NCBI GenBank assembly: GCA_964504845.1
Contig: CAZDGR010000003.1
Location: 1-39,304, forward strand
From: an uncultured Rhizobium sp.
Lineage (GTDB): Bacteria; Pseudomonadota; Alphaproteobacteria; SHVZ01
Direction: 5' to 3'
DNA: 39,304 nt
The notes under the pieces were generated by a model. That model saw only the letters and a list, made by a program, of their open reading frames with translations, was not told where the DNA came from and searched no databases. The position numbers and the translations under genes were made by a program. Below, piece by piece: positions 33,345 through 39,304 of the stretch (its first letter is position 1; the number at the start of each line of letters is the position of its first letter).

Positions 33345-34934
33345 TCACGGCATCGGCATCTGCCAGCCGCCGGGCGCGGGTTCTTCCGGAAGGCCGGCCG
33401 CCTTCATCGCCTCGACCAGCCTCGTCCGATGAGGCTCGACATAATGCCCGACCGCGAAGTGACGGGCGCTCGCGGTCGGCGCCAGCCGCACCAGGTCCTG
33501 CGCCACGGCGCGCGCGCCGGCGAGGTCGCCGAGCCCGACGAGCGCGCCGATCAGGACCGCGCGTCCGCCCGAATAGTCGGGCCGGGCGCGTATTCCTTCC
33601 TCGGCTTCGCGGCGGGCCTCGGCGAGGTTCCCCTCGACGAAGTAGGACATCGCGTAGCTGGTATGGATCGTCTGGTTGGTGGGGTCGAGCGGATTCAATC
33701 GGATGGCGGTGTCGAGGGCGCGGCGCGCTTCGGCGGCGCGGCCCATGTAGGCGAGCACCACGCCGAGCGTCCGATGCCCTAGCACGAAGCTCGGATTGAG
33801 GTCGATCGCCCGCCGCAGCGCCGCCTCGCTCTCGACGTAGTTGTCGCGGCGTACCTCGGACGTCGCGAGGGCCAGGTAGGCCCAGGGATCGTGCGCGTCG
33901 CGATCGATCGCCTCGCGCGCCAGCGTCGATGCCAGCGCGTAGCGCGCCTGCGCTTGGGGATGGAAGCTGAGATGCGCGCCGAACGCGATGCCCAATCCGA
34001 GCAGCGCACGCGGGCGCCCGTAGCCGGGATCGGCCTCCATCGCGGCGCGCAGCAGCGGCTCCGCTTCCGCGAGGCGGCTCGCCGCGAAAGGATAGAGGAG
34101 GTTCGTGGCCCGGACGACGTGCGACCAGGCGTCGAGGCTGATCGGCGGCTTCGCCCGGCTCCGCGCCTCCTCGACCGCATAGAGCTGCGGCTCGATCGAG
34201 GCGGCGATGCTGGAGGTGATCTCGTCCTGGACGGCGAAGGTGTCGACCAGCTCGCGGTCGTAGCGGTTCGCCCAGATGTGCACGCCGGCGGCCGCGTCGA
34301 TCAGCTGGACGGATATGCGGATGCGGGAGCCGGAGGACCGGACGCTGCCCTGCAGCAGGTAGCGGACGCCGAGCTCCTCGCTCGCGCGTCTCAGGTCGAC
34401 CGGCTTGCCCTTGTAGACGTCCGTGCTGGCACGCGCGATGACGAAGAAGGTGCGGCCGCACGAGAGGCCGGTCACGATCTCCTCGACCATGCCGTCGCAG
34501 AAGTGATCCTGCTCGGGATCCGACGAGAGATTCTGGAACGGAAGCACGGCGATCGACGGCCGGTCCGGCAAGGCGAGCGCCGGCCTGTCGCCGCGTGTCT
34601 CCGGCATCGCGGCCGGTCCGCCTTCCGTCACGTCTCCGACGAACCGTATCCCCTTCCTGGCCACGGTGCGGATCAGCCGCTGCTCCTCGCCCGAGTCGCC
34701 GAGAGCCTTCCGCATAGCATTGATGCGGGTGGTCAGCGTCGAGTCGGAGACGATCCGCCCGTCCCAGACGGCCTCGACCAGGTCGTCCTTGCTGACCACC
34801 CGGTCGCGGTTGCGGATCACGTAGACCAGGAGGTCGAAGACCTGCGGCTCGACGGCGACGATCTCGCCGCCGCGCCGGAGCTCGCGGCGGGCGGAATCGA
34901 GAGTGAAATCCTCGAAACGGAGGTGATCCGTCAT
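33345..34934 (-). CDS. OmpR/PhoB-type winged-helix DNA-binding protein with TolB-N-like and TPR domains
   Basis: 529 aa. 'EPQVFDLLVYVIRNRDRVVSKDDLVEAVW...RKGIRFVG', then 'PSIAVLPFQNLSSDPEQDHFCDGMVEEI', then TPR-like repeats. Confidence 0.85.
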   Translation of the reverse strand: MTDHLRFEDFTLDSARRELRRGGEIVAVEPQVFDLLVYVIRNRDRVVSKDDLVEAVWDGRIVSDSTLTTRINAMRKALGDSGEEQRLIRTVARKGIRFVGDVTEGGPAAMPETRGDRPALALPDRPSIAVLPFQNLSSDPEQDHFCDGMVEEIVTGLSCGRTFFVIARASTDVYKGKPVDLRRASEELGVRYLLQGSVRSSGSRIRISVQLIDAAAGVHIWANRYDRELVDTFAVQDEITSSIAASIEPQLYAVEEARSRAKPPISLDAWSHVVRATNLLYPFAASRLAEAEPLLRAAMEADPGYGRPRALLGLGIAFGAHLSFHPQAQARYALASTLAREAIDRDAHDPWAYLALATSEVRRDNYVESEAALRRAIDLNPSFVLGHRTLGVVLAYMGRAAEARRALDTAIRLNPLDPTNQTIHTSYAMSYFVEGNLAEARREAEEGIRARPDYSGGRAVLIGALVGLGDLAGARAVAQDLVRLAPTASARHFAVGHYVEPHRTRLVEAMKAAGLPEEPAPGGWQMPMP

Positions 34935-36493
34935 TCGGGGAGCCCTGCCGCGCGCAGGGCGGCGAAGCGTGGCTCGAGGAGGCTGTTGTCCTTGTAGCCG
35001 GAGGCGCGCGAACGCGTGAGAGAAGCGCTCGGATTGATCTCCAGGAGCCGGCGCACGGTGGCGCGCGCCTCATCCAAATGCCCGAGGTAAACCTGGGCGA
35101 CGATCAGCGCGACGTACGAGGAGGTGAACGTCGGATTGGCCTGCACGCCGAGCTCGGCCCAGTGCAGGGCTTCACGGAACCGGCCCTGGAGCGCATGCAC
35201 ATGTGACAAGCCGCACATCATCGACCCGACCAGCGGGTCGAGCGGGCTCAGCCGGTGGGCTGCCTCGAATGACGGCTGGGCGCGGTCGTATTGATGGAGA
35301 TTGAGCCGGACCCAGCCGTTGACGTTGAGGACGGTGAAGGAGTTGGGATTGAGGCGCAGCGCGTGGTCGATCAGGATTTCCGCGGCGCGGTGATCCCGGC
35401 AGAGCGAGGCCATTGCATGCGCCGCATAGGCCATGGCCGTCGCATCAGTCTTGTCCCCATCGGCGACGATGCGGGCGAGCCGACAGCCCTCGCGGCGCTC
35501 CTGCTCCTCGTCGACTATCCAGCCTTGCGGCCGCCGCCAGTGATAGCACCATGCCGCCAGACCGGCGGCGGCGGCGAAATCGGGGTCGATCGCCAGTGCC
35601 CGGTTCAGGTGGATCAGCGCCTGCGCGTTGCCCTCGCGGCTGATGCGGTGGAACTGCGCATAGGCACGCAGGAGATGGTCGTAGGCGTCGAGGTGCTCGG
35701 TCGGCTTGCGCCGAGTCCGGTCGATCTCGGCCTGGCGCAGCTTTGGCTCGATGATCCCGACCACGTCATGGGCGACTTTGTCCTGGAGCTCGAACACGTC
35801 GGCGAGGTCGCCGTCGAACCGGTCAGCCCAGAGATGTGCGCCGGTGGTGGCATCGATGAGCTGGCCAGTGATGCGGACCTTGTCGCCGGCCTTGCGCACC
35901 GAGCCTTCGAGGACATAGCGGACGCCAAGATCGCGCGCGACCTGCTTCACGTCGACCGCACGGCCCTTGTAGGTGAAGGTCGAGTTGCGAGCGATGACGA
36001 ACAGCCAGTGAAAGCGCGACAGCGCCGTAATGATCTCCTCGACCATGCCGTCGCAGAAGTAGTCTTGCGACGGATCGCCGGACATGTTCTGGAACGGCAG
36101 GACCGCAATCGACGGCTTGTCAGGGAGCGCCAGGGCCGGCGGCTCGGATGCCGAGGGAGCCGGCGCGACCGCCTCGCCCTCGGTCACCTCGCCGACGAAG
36201 CGGATCCCCTTCCTGGCCACGGTGCGGATCAGCCGCTGCTCCTCGCCCGAGTCGCCCAGCGCCTTCCGCATCGCGTTGATGCGGGTGGTCAGCGTCGAGT
36301 CCGAGATCGCGCGCCCGCCCCAGACAGCCTCGACCAGGTCGTCCTTGCTCACCACCCGGCCGCGGTTCCGGATCACGTAGACCAGGAGGTCGAAGACCTG
36401 CGGTTCCAACGGGACCGTCGCGCCGGCGCGCGTCAGCTCGCGGCGGTCAACGTCGAGCACATGGTCTTCGAAGCGGAAGCGCAGGTCGTCCAC
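34931..36493 (-). CDS. OmpR/PhoB-type winged-helix DNA-binding protein with TolB-N-like and TPR domains (paralog)
   Basis: 520 aa with the same architecture. 4-nt overlap with the downstream paralog. Confidence 0.85.
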   Translation of the reverse strand: MDDLRFRFEDHVLDVDRRELTRAGATVPLEPQVFDLLVYVIRNRGRVVSKDDLVEAVWGGRAISDSTLTTRINAMRKALGDSGEEQRLIRTVARKGIRFVGEVTEGEAVAPAPSASEPPALALPDKPSIAVLPFQNMSGDPSQDYFCDGMVEEIITALSRFHWLFVIARNSTFTYKGRAVDVKQVARDLGVRYVLEGSVRKAGDKVRITGQLIDATTGAHLWADRFDGDLADVFELQDKVAHDVVGIIEPKLRQAEIDRTRRKPTEHLDAYDHLLRAYAQFHRISREGNAQALIHLNRALAIDPDFAAAAGLAAWCYHWRRPQGWIVDEEQERREGCRLARIVADGDKTDATAMAYAAHAMASLCRDHRAAEILIDHALRLNPNSFTVLNVNGWVRLNLHQYDRAQPSFEAAHRLSPLDPLVGSMMCGLSHVHALQGRFREALHWAELGVQANPTFTSSYVALIVAQVYLGHLDEARATVRRLLEINPSASLTRSRASGYKDNSLLEPRFAALRAAGLPE

Positions 36494-36577
36494 GCCCTCC
36501 CCCGAGGCCGTGATTTGCCTAAATGCTATTTCATATTGCGAACAACCGCCAGTTGCCCTCTTGAGGGGCGGCCTCGC

Positions 36578-37783
36578 TCAGAGCCGGTCGACCCGGCGCA
36601 GCTTCGGGAACACGATCGCGCCCAGGCCCGAGAGCGCCAGCGTCAGCGCGCCGCCGAGCAGCAGCGCGCCCGGCGCGCCGAGCCAGGCGGCGGCGAGGCC
36701 CGCTTCCAGACCGCCCAGCTGGTTCGACATGTTGATCGCCATCGCGTTCGCCGCCGAGACGCGGCCGCGCAGGTGATCGGGCGTGCCGATCTGGATCAGC
36801 GACATGCGGACGATGACGTTCAGCTGGTCGGTCGCGCCGTAGAGCATCAGCGCGACGGTGGAGAGCGCGAAGCTGGTCGAGATGCCGAACAGCGCGGTGG
36901 CGACGCCGTATCCGGCGAGCGACCACAGGAAGACGAGGCCGGCATGTCGCTCGATCGGCCGCCAGGCAAGGAAGGCGCCGATCAGAAGCGCGCCGACAGA
37001 GGGCGCGCTGCGGAGGATGCCGAGGCCGACCGGCCCGGCGTCCAGCACGTCCTTGGCGAAGACCGGCAGGATCGCGGTGGCACTCGCCACCATCACGACG
37101 AAGAGGTCGAGCGCGATCACGCCGAGGATCGCCTGATTGGACCAGATGAACTGGACGCCGCCGAAGACCGACAGCCGCTGCTTGGCATCGGGATCCCGCG
37201 CCGGCGGCGACGGCGGCAGGCCGGTCGCGGCGACAAGCCCCAAGACGACCAGCGCCATCGCGGTGCCGTAGACGGCCTCCGAGCCGAAGGCATAGAGCAG
37301 CCCGCCGAGCGCCGGGCCGGCGATATAGGCCACCTGCCCGACCGAGGACGACAGCGCGATCGCGGCGCGGATGTGCTGGGTTTCGACCAGCGTCGGCAGG
37401 ATGGCGCTCGAGGCCGGATGGTCGAAGGCGCGGGTGGCGCCGAAAAGGACCAGCATCGCGTAGATCGACCAGGGACCGAGCACGTCCGGCAGCAACGCCA
37501 GGCCCAGCATGCAGGCGAGATACATCAGCGCCGAGACCTGGATGATGCGCCGGCGGTCGACGCGGTCGGCAACCTGGCCCGAGACCGGCATCAGCGGGAT
37601 GATCGGCGCGAACTGCGCGAGGCCGACGAAGCCCAGCGCGATCGGGTCGCCGGTGAGGTCGTAGACCTGCCAGCCGACGGCGGTCGCCTGCATGCCGGTG
37701 GCGATCGACACCAGGAACCGCATCGCGAGATAACGGCCGAAGACGGGGTCGCGGAAACCTCTGAAGGAAGCGTCGGATGCCAT
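36578..37783 (-). CDS. MFS transporter
   Basis: ATG 37783 ([24 protein letters not shown]..). About 12 hydrophobic segments. The ORF is open back to 37912, but that extension overlaps the divergent AKR gene. Confidence 0.85.
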   Translation of the reverse strand: MASDASFRGFRDPVFGRYLAMRFLVSIATGMQATAVGWQVYDLTGDPIALGFVGLAQFAPIIPLMPVSGQVADRVDRRRIIQVSALMYLACMLGLALLPDVLGPWSIYAMLVLFGATRAFDHPASSAILPTLVETQHIRAAIALSSSVGQVAYIAGPALGGLLYAFGSEAVYGTAMALVVLGLVAATGLPPSPPARDPDAKQRLSVFGGVQFIWSNQAILGVIALDLFVVMVASATAILPVFAKDVLDAGPVGLGILRSAPSVGALLIGAFLAWRPIERHAGLVFLWSLAGYGVATALFGISTSFALSTVALMLYGATDQLNVIVRMSLIQIGTPDHLRGRVSAANAMAINMSNQLGGLEAGLAAAWLGAPGALLLGGALTLALSGLGAIVFPKLRRVDRL

Positions 37784-37847
37784 GGGGGAGCAGTTGTCGG
37801 CGGGCGGGAAAGCGAGGAAACTCCGCTGCCCCGAACAGGAGAATAGC

Positions 37848-38825
<978 letters not shown>

Positions 38826-39304
38826 TCAGCCGAGCGCGAAGTCGACCGCGAAGTAGATGAAGGCGGCGCCGGCGACGAGGTCGATCCAGCGCTGCGCCCG
38901 CGCGTAAGCCGACGACGCGGCCGGCGTCGTCAGCACCATCGCCAGCAGGCCGTAGAAGACGACCGAGATCAGCGTCATCACCGCGGTCGCGGCGAGGCCC
39001 AGCGCCGCCGACGGGTCGGGCGGCAATGTGGCGGCGAAGACGCTGGCGGTGAACAGCGCCGCCTTCGGGTTGGCGAGGTTGGTCAGGAGGCCGAGGCGGA
39101 AGGCCGACTGTGCCGACATCGCCTCTGGCGCCGCATCGGCTGCCGGCGGCCTCAATCCGGCGATCACCATGCGGAGCCCCAGATAGGACAGATAGGCGCC
39201 GCCGGCATACTTCAGGGCGACATAGAGCCACGGCGTCGAGGCGAAGAGCGCGTGGATGCCGAAGAAGCCGGCGACGCACCAGATCACGGTGCCGACCGCG
39301 ATGC
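38826..39304 (-). CDS. LysE/RhtB family amino-acid exporter (N-terminus beyond the window)
   Basis: 'LLTNLANPKAALF' motif and a hydrophobic profile. The reading frame stays open to the window edge. Confidence 0.8.
   Translation of the reverse strand, partial: IAVGTVIWCVAGFFGIHALFASTPWLYVALKYAGGAYLSYLGLRMVIAGLRPPAADAAPEAMSAQSAFRLGLLTNLANPKAALFTASVFAATLPPDPSAALGLAATAVMTLISVVFYGLLAMVLTTPAASSAYARAQRWIDLVAGAAFIYFAVDFALG

Overview
This is a 39.3 kb, very G+C-rich chromosomal segment with alphaproteobacterial (Rhizobiales-like) gene content. I call about 45 genes. Most long ORFs in the six-frame track are antisense or shadow artefacts of the high G+C. Left to right:
- A small catabolic set: truncated MBL hydrolase, PhyH dioxygenase, Gfo/Idh/MocA oxidoreductase.
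- A DUF2786-like gene.
- A B12-radical-SAM plus SpeE-like operon, divergent from a GT61/DUF563 glycosyltransferase.
- A visibly lower-G+C islet abutting the 3' end of tRNA-Gly(GCC). It carries dcm-vsr convergent with an unrecognised PD-(D/E)xK-like nuclease, a presumptive type II R-M system.
- Housekeeping genes: ProX/YbaK-like, thioredoxin-TPR, LON-N domain, Trm112, DUF971.
- A GT-C membrane glycosyltransferase divergent from a secreted glycosidase-like protein.
- A Pho-regulon block: phoX with an upstream Pho box, a translationally coupled c-type-cytochrome/Ig-like protein, and pstSCAB with four tandem Pho half-sites. No phoU or phoB follows.
- An SRAP (YedK/HMCES-like) two-gene operon.
- A SAM methyltransferase.
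- An ABC ATPase with two ABC-2 permeases. It is preceded by a promoter-like element, a roughly 140-nt leader and a perfect intrinsic terminator that ends 13 nt before the start codon.
- A CcdA/thioredoxin pair and an XRE-cupin operon.
- Three small ORFs with good ribosome-binding sites.
- A tandem array of three winged-helix/TPR regulator paralogs, one internally deleted.
- MFS, AKR and a truncated LysE gene.

I saw no CRISPR array, rRNA, transposase or integrase. The most novel-looking items are the terminator-containing leader of the ABC operon, the tRNA-linked R-M islet with an SOS-box-like repeat in its promoter, the radical-SAM/SpeE-like/GT61 cluster, the phoX-linked cytochrome-domain gene, and the atypical SRAP operon. 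All functional calls come from motif recognition by eye. No database search was run.
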